From: Minisyncoccia bacterium
Lineage (GTDB): Bacteria > Patescibacteriota > Minisyncoccia > Phycocordibacterales > DATGWK01
DNA: 64,000 bases
NCBI GenBank assembly: GCA_038259265.1
Contig: JBBSOY010000001.1
Span: 562-64,561 of the forward strand
Direction of reading: 5' to 3'
The position numbers were made by a program, and so were the translations under genes. The notes under the pieces were generated by a model. It made no database searches and was not told where the DNA came from. It saw only the letters and a program-made list of their open reading frames with translations. Below are positions 29,020 to 40,262 of the stretch, piece by piece (positions within the stretch are counted from its first letter, which is position 1; every line of letters begins with the position of its first letter).

Positions 29020-29123
29020 ATTTAGATAAATAAAATAACCCTTTCGAATGAACGGATCAATTGTAGCATGGAGAATGGCCACACGCGACGAAATAAGGTT
29101 GGCAAACGTCACACGCTCCCTCG

Positions 29124-31574
29124 TTAGCGATTCGTAAAGAGATTGTTGACCCGGATACGAGTGAGAGCCCCAAAGTAGCCGTCGGCGGGCGTAATTCCGC
29201 CAGCAACCTGGTAGCGCGCCAGAGCGGTTTTGGTAAGCTGGCCGAATTCACCATATGCAACCCCGGAAGGAATGACCAGAAAACCTTTTTCCACCAAAAA
29301 TCTTTGCAGCATCGTGACATCTGCGCCTGTACTGCCGATTCCGAGGTCTCGCGTGAAGGTGAATGAACTTGGCAAGCCGGTCGGAGCCGTTGGGGTAGAT
29401 GACTGCGAAGGATTTGCCGGTGCAGACGTTCCCTGCAAGCTTGCGTTTCGAAGTGCAATCTGAGCTTGGAGCTGGAGGATAATCGCCTGCAATTCTTGAA
29501 TTCTTTGCAAAAGTTGGAATGTCTCGATGCGACTTGCGGTGCTGCCAGACGAGCCTCGGTTTCGGGACGAAGACCCTTCAGAAGGCGGACTTCCGGGAAT
29601 GTCTGGGATTGGAGTTGGCCCTGGGGTTGTGCCTTGGTTTGGAGCGATGCGTTCATTTGATGAATATTCTGCATTGTCTTCGGCGCTGTCGCAGCCATAG
29701 TCAAACGGCCAGTCGACATTGCCGTCGCCGTCATTGTCGATATTGTCGAAACATTGGTTAATTCTTAGATCAAGATTTGCCAGAGTGACGGGATACACTC
29801 CTGCACAAATACCCATGTAGAGTGGCGTGAATCCCCAATGGGCCATTTTTTCCATTTCAGTCACACCGCAGTACGGCGGTCGTTCCATGAACGCCCAGCT
29901 TTCTGAACCGTTGTTCAAGTACCGGCTCAATACGTCGGGACCCACGAGTCTGGTTTTGTCGTACTGCGTCCACCAGGTCATCCCAGCTGACGTCACGAAG
30001 TTTGCCATTTTTCGATGCATGATGTCGGGACCCGCGCCTTCGTGAGCAAAAATAATTTTATTGCTCGTTCGCTGTTTCATTTGGTCAATTCGAGTGTATC
30101 GATCCCACAGCGGACCACCGAATGCATCGAGGCCGATTATTTTTGCGCCGCGGTCGTACGCCAGGTCAAGCTGCCGATTCATGAAAGAGGTGTCGGAAGA
30201 ATTATTTGGATTGAAAATATGAACAGAAGACGGATTCCACGCGTCGACGTTTGGCACGTATGAACCTCTTCCCCACCAAAAACCGAGGTCGATGCCATTT
30301 TGTGCGAAGGCACCAAGACTCGACACCGAGTTCTGCAGCGAACTCACAAAATCCATGAATGCCGGGGGATAATTGCAGTTCTGCGAGTTCGGCACATTGT
30401 TTTCGCCTATGACAATGCAAGTTGAGTCCTGGGCATACAAACCGCTCGCCGTCCAAAACATAGTTCTTTTATATCCGCGAGTTTGCAGCTCAGGCAACAC
30501 AAGATTTACAAAATCTTGCCAGTTGCTAAACGGAGCACCGTTGACGTTGGTATATGAACGCGGATTGGTGATGGCATTGTAGACATCGCCATAGGCCAAA
30601 CCCGTGCCGTAAATTGGGCGAAAATCCTGCGGTTTTACCACATCGACATTTCCATATGTTTGTTTAAAAAATTTCTTGTAACCTTCGAGCGTCACAATCC
30701 ACGAACGAGGTTCGGTGAAGCGAAGCGAGACGGTATACGACCGCTGTTCATTTGGCCCTAGGCTTTGGTATGAGTCTGTCGGCACTTGGCGATATTCATG
30801 CCGCCATGTCGATGTTTGCTGACCCGAAGTTACTTTTGTAATTTGAGGAACGATGTCGTGTTTGTATTGTAAATATGGGTACAGGAAACCGGAACCGGCG
30901 ACAAAATCCGTGTCGTTTGTGACAAGCACAGGCGAATAATAAAAATTTGGATAGGTCAGCGGACCGTATTCGTAGTTTTCACCACCTGCTGCGCCAAGAA
31001 ACACGTTGGTGACCGTGCCATTGGCCTTTTTTACATTTCGAAGATATCCCGAAACCGGCTGATCGAGAATGTAGAAATCTCCCGAGGTATGCTGCTTGAT
31101 GCCATCTACCCGGAAGTCTGGAGCGTTTTGGTTTTGGCCAGTTGTGTTACGAACCGTGTACACGATATCCACACCACCGCATTTTTCAACAATGTCGTAC
31201 GTGGTTGCGACTGTGCCACCACTACGATCGAGGAAAAAACGCTCATCAGAAAAATCTTGCCTTACTATTTTATTGTCGCTTCGTCTTTTTGCAATAAAAC
31301 TTTCAGTGCCGTCGTTTTTGGTGAAAACAAGAGTGTCTAGGTTATAGAGATAATCGCGGTCGTCATTGTACCCCGAACAGTATTCATTGCTTGAGGGTGC
31401 TGGTGGTGTTCCTGTCACACCATCTGAAATCAGCCCCGTCGTGTTTTGAATCTGCAAAAGCTGTCCGAGCTGACTCAGCTTAAAAATATTCTGGGTGCCG
31501 GTAAAAACTACGCCAGACACCATCACGATTATCACCGCACCGATGAGCGCAAAAATTATTTTTTTACTGTGCAT
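29124..31574 (-). CDS. large secreted protein with C-terminal peptidoglycan-binding domain (PG_binding_1) and Excalibur-like DxDxDGDG calcium-binding motif
   Basis: 816 aa. Signal/TM, central uncharacterised about 550-aa domain, CFDNIDNDGDGNVDWPFDYGCDS, S/P/G-rich linker, C-terminal GSTGADVTMLQRFLVEKGF...DGYFG. Confidence 0.55.
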   Translation of the reverse strand: MHSKKIIFALIGAVIIVMVSGVVFTGTQNIFKLSQLGQLLQIQNTTGLISDGVTGTPPAPSSNEYCSGYNDDRDYLYNLDTLVFTKNDGTESFIAKRRSDNKIVRQDFSDERFFLDRSGGTVATTYDIVEKCGGVDIVYTVRNTTGQNQNAPDFRVDGIKQHTSGDFYILDQPVSGYLRNVKKANGTVTNVFLGAAGGENYEYGPLTYPNFYYSPVLVTNDTDFVAGSGFLYPYLQYKHDIVPQITKVTSGQQTSTWRHEYRQVPTDSYQSLGPNEQRSYTVSLRFTEPRSWIVTLEGYKKFFKQTYGNVDVVKPQDFRPIYGTGLAYGDVYNAITNPRSYTNVNGAPFSNWQDFVNLVLPELQTRGYKRTMFWTASGLYAQDSTCIVIGENNVPNSQNCNYPPAFMDFVSSLQNSVSSLGAFAQNGIDLGFWWGRGSYVPNVDAWNPSSVHIFNPNNSSDTSFMNRQLDLAYDRGAKIIGLDAFGGPLWDRYTRIDQMKQRTSNKIIFAHEGAGPDIMHRKMANFVTSAGMTWWTQYDKTRLVGPDVLSRYLNNGSESWAFMERPPYCGVTEMEKMAHWGFTPLYMGICAGVYPVTLANLDLRINQCFDNIDNDGDGNVDWPFDYGCDSAEDNAEYSSNERIAPNQGTTPGPTPIPDIPGSPPSEGSSSRNRGSSGSTASRIETFQLLQRIQELQAIILQLQAQIALRNASLQGTSAPANPSQSSTPTAPTGLPSSFTFTRDLGIGSTGADVTMLQRFLVEKGFLVIPSGVAYGEFGQLTKTALARYQVAGGITPADGYFGALTRIRVNNLFTNR

Positions 31575-31628
31575 ATAGACAATTCCACTAAACTTGTTCG
31601 TTCATTATACACTAGTCGCGTACGACAA

Positions 31629-31665
31629 ATAAAAAATCCCCGAACAGTGGGGATTTTTTATTTTC
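31629..31665 (-). terminator. rho-independent terminator after groEL
   Basis: aatcccc-gaacagt-ggggatt hairpin flanked by an A-run and a T-run. Confidence 0.65.
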
Positions 31666-31699
31666 TTTCATTTTTATGCAAACACCTTTCATGCAAACA

Positions 31700-33370
<1,671 letters not shown>

Positions 33371-33400
33371 TCAGAAATTAAAAATTAAAAAATATATACG

Positions 33401-33714
33401 TTAGCTAACAATCGCTAAAATGTTGTCTTCTTTTAAAATGTAGAGTTTTTCTTCGCCTGCACTGACTTCATCAAAACCATATTTAGAAAAAATTACGGTG
33501 TCGCCGGTTTTGACGGACATTGGTACGAGGTTGCCGCTTGCATCGTATCTGCCGCCGCCAACCGCAAGCACTTTGCCACGTTCTGGAGTTTCTTTACTGA
33601 CCGTATCAGGAATAATAATGCCGAAACTATTTTTACCTTGAGTTTCTTCAACTAAAAAAGGCTTGATCAAAATTCGGTCGCCTACTGGTTGAATATTGAA
33701 AGAATTCTTTGACA
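33401..33714 (-). CDS. groS: co-chaperonin GroES (10 kDa); ORF is open upstream to 33853, which would add a 46-aa Lys/Ser-rich N-terminal extension
   Basis: The core MSKNSFNIQPVGDRILIKP...GGRYDASG matches GroES. AGGAA lies 13 nt upstream of the internal ATG; no SD before the 33853 ATG. A candidate sigma-70 promoter (TTGACT-N18-TATACT) lies upstream of 33853. Confidence 0.7.
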
Positions 33715-34062
33715 TCTGGCTTTTTGATTCCTGTCTTGGACTTACAGAATTTTCAGACACCTTTTTTTCGGGCACTTTTGCTTTTACTGACGCCGGCTTT
33801 TTCTTTGGAGAACTTTCTTTTGTCTTCGTCTTTTTTGAATTATCTTTTTTCATGTCTGTATATAAAATTGAGATAATAACGTTTGTTCTGTAGCAAAAGT
33901 ATAGGAGGTGCCGAGTCTTGAAGTCAACGAATCTCTATGTTGAACCTACAGAGAAAAAATTACTAACATGGCAAAATTTTAATTTGACACATGCAAATAA
34001 AGTTATAGAGTTTACATAGAATTGTTACCAGTTCGGAACCCCCAGCAGGAAGGAGATTCGAG

Positions 34063-34593
34063 ATGAAGCTTCCCCGAGTCTCATTTCTTGAGACCCCCAT
34101 TGAACGCGCAGTCTTTCTATTGATAACAGTGCCGGCCATAGCCTTCGGTGTATGGTTCTTACGAAGCTATCGGTCACCTGAGCCTGAAGCGGTCACAATC
34201 ATGAACGCCACTATCAAGCTGACCGATCAGACTATTTACCCGATGCGGGGTGACTTCGTTCAGAGTGTGTCGCGTGAGTTGAGCGAAGACGGCATGAATG
34301 TGGCGTCGGAACCAAAGGAACTCCCGCTCAAGTCGCGACTCGATGGTGTGTATCTCGTCAATGGGATCGATACTTTGAGGATCGAATTGCTTGAACCAAT
34401 CATCGGTAGCCAGAGGCGCGGCAAAATCGGCACCCGGTCACTTGGTTTTTTTAACGGCTACGCACTCAGGGGTTACGAAGAGACACATCGACTCACTCTC
34501 ATCAGCAAAGACGACCCTGGCTACGCTGATGCAAAGCATCGATTTGAGAATCCCCAGACCCCCAAAGGTTCTGCAATCACCATGGCCAAGTAG
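34063..34593 (+). CDS. hypothetical membrane-anchored protein (176 aa)
   Basis: Strong SD (GGAAGGAG) 6 nt before the ATG, one N-terminal TM, and a strong terminator downstream. Confidence 0.55.
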   Translation: MKLPRVSFLETPIERAVFLLITVPAIAFGVWFLRSYRSPEPEAVTIMNATIKLTDQTIYPMRGDFVQSVSRELSEDGMNVASEPKELPLKSRLDGVYLVNGIDTLRIELLEPIIGSQRRGKIGTRSLGFFNGYALRGYEETHRLTLISKDDPGYADAKHRFENPQTPKGSAITMAK

Positions 34594-34616
34594 GCCACTT
34601 CCACACCTCTACCCAA

Positions 34617-34643
34617 GCCCCTCCCTCGAGGGGCTTTGTTTTT
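34617..34643 (+). terminator. rho-independent terminator
   Basis: gcccctc-cctc-gaggggc followed by TTTGTTTTT. Confidence 0.7.
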
Positions 34644-34682
34644 ATAAGCATCCAGAAAAATGTTATAAAAAGACCAGCAAAG

Positions 34683-34710
34683 TTGCCTATTTCATTAGAA
34701 CTAGTATAAT
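34683..34710 (+). promoter_or_regulatory. sigma-70-like promoter of secG (-35 TTGCCT, 16-nt spacer, -10 TATAAT) giving a leaderless or near-leaderless transcript
   Basis: TTGCCT at 34683-34688, TATAAT at 34705-34710. The secG ATG codons are at 34709 and 34718. Confidence 0.5.
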
Positions 34711-34717
34711 GCTCGAA

Positions 34718-34954
34718 ATGGCGTTTTTCATCACTACGGCTTTGCCCGTAATTCAGGTTATCCTCTCGGTTCTCCTCATTGGTGCAATTCTGCTCCAGAG
34801 ATCAGAAGCGGGCCTCGGAAGTGCATTCGGCGCTGACGGCTTTTCTGCTGGCTTCCAAGAAAGACGCGGTTTGGAAAAAACTCTGTTTTACGGCACGATC
34901 GTTCTCGGTGCCCTCTTTGCCATTTCGGCTCTCATCAGCCTTCTTTTTAGCTAA
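34718..34954 (+). CDS. secG: preprotein translocase subunit SecG
   Basis: MAFFITTALPVIQVILSVLLIGAILLQRSEAGLGSAFGADGF...TLFYGTIVLGALFAISALISLLFS has the two TM helices and Gly-rich loop typical of SecG. Alternative start at 34709 (MLEMAFF). Confidence 0.75.
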   Translation: MAFFITTALPVIQVILSVLLIGAILLQRSEAGLGSAFGADGFSAGFQERRGLEKTLFYGTIVLGALFAISALISLLFS

Positions 34955-34996
34955 TTACCAGCTCAAGCATCGCTTGCACATGCAAGCCAACTCTCC

Positions 34997-36787
34997 GTGG
35001 ATCAATACAATCCAATAACTTCACAGAGCCCCTCGCGCGGGCCGTTTCTGCGGTCGTTTTACAAAGCGATACACGACTTTCATTTAACAGAACGGGTGGC
35101 TTTTTATGTCCTCTTGGCCGTAGCGGTCGCTTCTGGCCTCATTTTACTTGCCAACCTCAACAATCGCTTTCTCGTAGCCGTTCCTGACTACGGCGGCACG
35201 ATTACCGAAGGCATCATTGGTGTACCGCGATTCGTAAACCCGGTTCTTGCCATTTCTGATGCCGACAAAGACCTGACCTCGCTCGTCTTTTCAGGCCTAC
35301 TCCGCGCCACCTCACAAGGCGAACTCATCGGCGACCTCAGCCAAAGCCATGAAATTTCTGCGGACGGCCGCACCTATACTTTTACCCTCAAAGACGACAT
35401 CTATTTTCATGACGGAAAAAGAATCACCACCGACGACGTCGAATTCACCATTCAAAAAATCCAAGACCCAACCATCAAAAGCCCAAAGCGCCTCACCTGG
35501 GAAGGTGTTGTCGTTCAAAAAATCGACTCACACAAAATTTCCTTTACCCTCAAACAGCCATACGCGCCATTCATCCAAAATTTTACAATCGGCATTATTC
35601 CGTACCATGTTTGGAAAAACATTCCATCTGATGAATTTTCTTTCAGCGAATTAAATGTTACTGCGACCGGTAACGGGCCGTACAAAGTACGCAAAGTCGA
35701 AAGAAATTCATACGGACTGCCCACCTTCTATGTTTTGAAAGCGTTTAAAGATTACGCTCTAAATGAACCGTTTGTTTCAAATATCATTTTGAGTTTTTAT
35801 CAGAATGAAAAAGAGCTCGTCACCGCGTTTGCAAACGACGAGATCGACAGCATGAGCGGCGTTTCCCCCGAAAACCTCAAAAGCCTCAACCCAGCAGAAG
35901 ACCAGATAATCGCTTCGCCGCTTCCCCGTGTCTTCGGCGTCTTTTTCAATCAAAGCCAAGCAACAGTTTTTCTCAACAACGAGGTCAGAGAGGCGCTTGC
36001 GGTCGCCATAGACAAAGATGCAATCGTCAACGACATTTTTGCCGGTTATGCCACAACCATCGACTCACCCGTTCCTGTCACCACTTCAACCGCAACCTCC
36101 ACCAACGCAGATGTCCTCACCAGCGCCACAAGCACCCAAACAAACACAAGTCCGCTTTCCCATGCCGACCAAGCGATCACCATCCTCACCAAAGCAGGCT
36201 GGACGCTCAACACCAAAACCGGCATCATGGAAAAAAAGATTAGCAATGGTGTCGTACCACTTTCATTTTCTTTGGCCACCGGCGACGCTCCCGAACTTAA
36301 AAAAGCGGCCGAAAAAGTAAAGCGAGACTGGGAAAAGATTGGCGCAGCAGTTACTCTCAAATTTTTTGAAATCGGCAGCTTGAATCAAAACGTCATTCGT
36401 CCCCGAAAGTTTGATGCGCTTCTTTTTGGCGAAGTGGTCGGCCGAGAATTTGACCTGTATCCGTTCTGGCATTCGTCGCAGCGAAACGACCCCGGTCTCA
36501 ATATTGCCTTATACGCAAACATAACCGCAGACAAGATTTTGGAAAATTTGCGTCTGACCCAGGACCGAAACGAGCGCATCCAAAAAGCCAGCGAATTCGT
36601 GTCATTATTCAAAAAAGATTTGCCGGCAGTCTTCATATATTCACCCGACTTCATTTATGTCTTGCCGAAAAAACTCCAAAATATTTCGATCGGCGAACTG
36701 ACTGAACCCGGAGAAAGATTTCTGAATGTGAACGAGTGGTATATGGAAACGAGCAAGGTCTGGAAATTCTTTGCATACGAAGAATAG
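34997..36787 (+). CDS. ABC transporter substrate-binding protein, family 5 (oligopeptide/dipeptide/nickel-binding type) with Thr/Ser-rich insert
   Basis: 596 aa. N-terminal TM/signal anchor, SBP_bac_5-like architecture. No adjacent permease or ATPase genes. Confidence 0.65.
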   Translation: MDQYNPITSQSPSRGPFLRSFYKAIHDFHLTERVAFYVLLAVAVASGLILLANLNNRFLVAVPDYGGTITEGIIGVPRFVNPVLAISDADKDLTSLVFSGLLRATSQGELIGDLSQSHEISADGRTYTFTLKDDIYFHDGKRITTDDVEFTIQKIQDPTIKSPKRLTWEGVVVQKIDSHKISFTLKQPYAPFIQNFTIGIIPYHVWKNIPSDEFSFSELNVTATGNGPYKVRKVERNSYGLPTFYVLKAFKDYALNEPFVSNIILSFYQNEKELVTAFANDEIDSMSGVSPENLKSLNPAEDQIIASPLPRVFGVFFNQSQATVFLNNEVREALAVAIDKDAIVNDIFAGYATTIDSPVPVTTSTATSTNADVLTSATSTQTNTSPLSHADQAITILTKAGWTLNTKTGIMEKKISNGVVPLSFSLATGDAPELKKAAEKVKRDWEKIGAAVTLKFFEIGSLNQNVIRPRKFDALLFGEVVGREFDLYPFWHSSQRNDPGLNIALYANITADKILENLRLTQDRNERIQKASEFVSLFKKDLPAVFIYSPDFIYVLPKKLQNISIGELTEPGERFLNVNEWYMETSKVWKFFAYEE

Positions 36788-38690
36788 AAAATCATCGCAA
36801 AAAGCCCATACACAACCAATTAAAAAATTAATACGTAATATACGAGAAAATAACATGCAGCAAAGAATCGAACGAAGCGGAAGAATGTCAGGAATGAGAC
36901 GACCTCCAAGCCACGGCAACAGACGCGGGCCTTCAAACAACCACGGCGGCCACGGCGGCGATCGCCACAATAATGGCAATCCAAACCGCAAAAAGGAGAC
37001 TGTAAAAATTCCGCCACCGGGGGAAAATTTGCGCATCATTCCTTTGGGTGGTGTCGAAGAAATCGGCAAAAACATGATGATGGTCGAGTACAAAGACGAC
37101 ATTATCGTCATCGACTGCGGAGTGCAGTTTAGCGACAACGAAACTCCTGGCGTCGACTACATTTTGCCAAACGTAAAATATCTCGAAGAAAATAAACACA
37201 AAATCCGAGCTCTCGTCATTACGCACGGTCATTTGGATCATATCGGCGGCGTTCCCTACCTCATCGAACGTCTCGGCAACCCACCAATTTACACTCGTGA
37301 ATTCGGCGCACTTTTAATGAAGAAGCGTCATGAAGAATTTCCGCACGTACCTGCGCTCGATATTAAAATCGTGGGTGCCGACGACGGCGCGGTGCCTTTA
37401 ACCGCCAATTTAAAAGTTCGCTTTTTCGGTCTCACTCATTCCATTCCCGACTCAACAGGCATCATCATCGAGACACCTTTTGGTGACATTGTGAACACTG
37501 GTGACGTCCGCGTCGACAACGAAAACGGCGTGCCGAACCCAAAGGAAGTTGAGCAATACAAAATGTTCAAAGACCGAAACATTCTTCTGCTGGCCATGGA
37601 TTCAACCGGTATTGATCGTCCAGGTTTTTCTATGTCTGAAACCCATGTCATGAACACGATCGACAAGATCGTTGCAGATGTGCCCGGCCGAATCGTCATC
37701 GCTACGTTTGCCTCTCAGGTTGAGCGCATTATTGAATTCATCAAAATGGCCAAAAAATATGGCAAAAAAGTTGTTGTTGAAGGTCGAAGCATGAAAACCA
37801 ACGTCGACATCATCAAACACTTACACCTTGTCGAAACCGACCACATTGTGCCGATCGAAGACATCGACAAATATCCACCGAATAAAATTCTTATTCTTTC
37901 AACCGGTGCTCAGGGCGAAGAATTTGCGGCGCTCATGCGAATGGCCAACAAAACTCACAAGCAAGTAAAGCTCAACAAAACCGATACCATCATTTTCTCT
38001 TCCTCTGTCATTCCGGGAAATGAAAAGGCAGTCGACAAACTCAAAGACAACCTGTACCGTCATGATCCGAAAATCATTACCTACCTCGATTCTGACGTCC
38101 ATGCATCTGGCCACGGCAAGCGTGGCGAGCTCGAATGGATTCACAAGCAGATTCCATACAAATTCTTTATGCCGGTCCACGGTCAGCATTACCGCGTCAA
38201 AATGCATGCTGAACTCGCGCACCTGCTCGGCACACCGAAAGAAAATATCGTCGTACCAGACAACGGGAGTGTTATTGAAATAACTCCCGACGGCAAGAGC
38301 ATTACTATTTTGAAAGAAAAAGCGCCGTCAGACGACATGATGGTTGAAGGCTTCACCATTGGCGACATGCAGGAAGTCGTTATCCGCGACCGAAAAATGC
38401 TCGCCGAAGAGGGCATGTTTGTCATCATTGCCACAATCAATGCGCGGACCGGCAAGCTCCGAAAATCGCCCGACATTATTTCCCGAGGCTTTGTCTATCT
38501 GCGAGAATCCCAGGACCTCCTTCAGCAAACTCGCCTGATCATTAAAAAGACAGTCGAAACCACAACCGAAGGAATGAACCCAATTAACTTCGAATACGTA
38601 AAGTCGAGCGTCACCGACGCCGTCAGCCGCTTCCTCTTTCAAAAAACTGCCAAAAAACCGATCGTCATTCCGGTCGTGCTCGGCATGTAA
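36771..38690 (+). CDS. rnj: ribonuclease J (metallo-beta-lactamase / beta-CASP) with about 80-aa Arg/Gly/His/Asn-rich N-terminal extension
   Basis: IIPLGGVEEIGKNMM, HGHLDHIGG, beta-CASP and a C-terminal domain. The N-terminal RRPPSHGNRRGPSNNHGGHGGDRHNNGNPNRKKE is disordered. Alternative start at 36855 (MQQRIE). Confidence 0.85.
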   Translation: MHTKNRKSSQKAHTQPIKKLIRNIRENNMQQRIERSGRMSGMRRPPSHGNRRGPSNNHGGHGGDRHNNGNPNRKKETVKIPPPGENLRIIPLGGVEEIGKNMMMVEYKDDIIVIDCGVQFSDNETPGVDYILPNVKYLEENKHKIRALVITHGHLDHIGGVPYLIERLGNPPIYTREFGALLMKKRHEEFPHVPALDIKIVGADDGAVPLTANLKVRFFGLTHSIPDSTGIIIETPFGDIVNTGDVRVDNENGVPNPKEVEQYKMFKDRNILLLAMDSTGIDRPGFSMSETHVMNTIDKIVADVPGRIVIATFASQVERIIEFIKMAKKYGKKVVVEGRSMKTNVDIIKHLHLVETDHIVPIEDIDKYPPNKILILSTGAQGEEFAALMRMANKTHKQVKLNKTDTIIFSSSVIPGNEKAVDKLKDNLYRHDPKIITYLDSDVHASGHGKRGELEWIHKQIPYKFFMPVHGQHYRVKMHAELAHLLGTPKENIVVPDNGSVIEITPDGKSITILKEKAPSDDMMVEGFTIGDMQEVVIRDRKMLAEEGMFVIIATINARTGKLRKSPDIISRGFVYLRESQDLLQQTRLIIKKTVETTTEGMNPINFEYVKSSVTDAVSRFLFQKTAKKPIVIPVVLGM

Positions 38691-38741
38691 GGCATACAAA
38701 AAGACAGAGAGTAACTGTGAACAACCGAAAAATGACGTGAT

Positions 38742-39299
38742 TTATTGTGCTCCGATAACAACGGGGATGCGCAGTTCATCATCATTTTCAGACAATCCAG
38801 AAGGATTGTCTTTTTTGAATACCAATGTGCCGTTTTGTTCGACGGAATTTGTGTACGTGAGGGTTGCCGTAAAGGGCACAAAATCTTCAGTCATCCAGTC
38901 ACCCTGCGCTTGGCCGATTCCCTGGGCAATCAGCTGATTATTTTCATCGAATAATTCGATCGGAAAGGAGGCTTCGAAAAACCAATATCCTCGTGCTGTA
39001 CCTGTGGCGGTAAGGGGGCTTTGAATGAGGCTGCGAGGCGTGGGAATAGCCACCGAAATGAGCTTGTGGCTGGACTGGGCTGCGGTATCAGCTGGATTAT
39101 TTTTAATTATTTGTGTAAAAGTACGGCCATCCGAAGTGGTGCATCGCGCAGGATATGATTCCAAAATAAGAAAACCATTTTCTGCACATTGTTCAAAGGT
39201 AGAAATGGTAAGTATGGCCTTTTTTTCCGTCTGATAAAACAGCACGATTCCAGCAATAACTATGAAAGCCAAGACGAGGACGATGATTTTTATTTTCAT
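38742..39299 (-). CDS. Gmad2 immunoglobulin-like domain protein, membrane-anchored
   Basis: 185 aa. ATGTARGYWFFEASFPIELFDENNQLIAQG matches Gmad2 (GerM-associated Ig-like domain). Confidence 0.65.
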   Translation of the reverse strand: MKIKIIVLVLAFIVIAGIVLFYQTEKKAILTISTFEQCAENGFLILESYPARCTTSDGRTFTQIIKNNPADTAAQSSHKLISVAIPTPRSLIQSPLTATGTARGYWFFEASFPIELFDENNQLIAQGIGQAQGDWMTEDFVPFTATLTYTNSVEQNGTLVFKKDNPSGLSENDDELRIPVVIGAQ

Positions 39300-39356
39300 G
39301 ATTTCAATATAGCACCGACCACATAAAACTCAAAAAAGCTGTGATACGATTACGAA

Positions 39357-40127
39357 ATGACAATTTTTCAGACAATAATACTCGGCATTGTCGAAGGAAT
39401 CACGGAATTTTTGCCCATTTCTTCGACTGCTCACCTCATGCTCACCGCTAAACTTTTGAATATTGCCTCGAGTGATTTTTTAAAAAGTTTTGAAATTATA
39501 ATTCAGCTTGGGGCAATAGCAGCAGTCGTGTATCAGTTTGGTCCACGCCTCGCCAAGAATTTTGTACTGGTAAAAAAGGTCAGCCTCGCTTTCATTCCCA
39601 CTGCAATTATCGGTTTTATTCTCTATTCATTTATTAAGGAGTTTTTGTTGGGAAACCTAACGATAGCGGTTTGGAGTTTAATCGTCGGCGGTATCGTTCT
39701 TGTTGTCGTCGAACGCGTGTATGTGAAAAAAATAAAAGCTAATGAGTCTACAGCTGAAGATATTAGCTACAAGCAGGCATTCTGCATCGGCGTAATTCAG
39801 TCTTTAGCTGTTGTGCCCGGAGTTTCCCGAGCAGCAGCGACGATCGTGCCCGCTTTGCTTTTTGGCAAAAGTCGAAAAGCCGCGGCGGAATTTTCGTTTC
39901 TCTTGGCCATACCGACGGTGGCCGCCGCGGCGCTGTACGACTTACTCAAAAACTTCAACTCGCTCAGTGGTAACCTTCTAAACCTCAGCATCGGTTTTAT
40001 AGTCTCAGGCATTGCAGCTCTCATCACCATCCGCTTTCTCCTTTCATACATCCAAAACCATACCTTTACCCCTTTTGGCATATACAGAATTGTCATCGCC
40101 GTTCTTTTTCTCACCTTCATCCTGTAG
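39357..40127 (+). CDS. uppP: undecaprenyl-diphosphate phosphatase (BacA/UppP)
   Basis: GIVEGITEFLPISSTAHL signature, polytopic membrane protein, 256 aa. Confidence 0.9.
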   Translation: MTIFQTIILGIVEGITEFLPISSTAHLMLTAKLLNIASSDFLKSFEIIIQLGAIAAVVYQFGPRLAKNFVLVKKVSLAFIPTAIIGFILYSFIKEFLLGNLTIAVWSLIVGGIVLVVVERVYVKKIKANESTAEDISYKQAFCIGVIQSLAVVPGVSRAAATIVPALLFGKSRKAAAEFSFLLAIPTVAAAALYDLLKNFNSLSGNLLNLSIGFIVSGIAALITIRFLLSYIQNHTFTPFGIYRIVIAVLFLTFIL

Positions 40128-40262
40128 TCCATCCTGCAGTCAGTCAACCAGCCATCATCCTATCCCCGCCCTTTCCCCACGCTCTCCACATCCTCAATTT
40201 TGCGTATTTTCCCGTATTGGTCTATTTTGTTGTCAGTTACCAACAACAGATAATACATTCCT

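Noticed and set aside
33854-34062. CIRCE (HrcA operator, TTAGCACTC-N9-GAGTGCTAA) upstream of groES
   Set aside because: No match on either strand. Only a 7-bp inverted repeat (tctgtag/ctacaga) flanking a candidate TTGACT-N18-TATACT promoter was seen.
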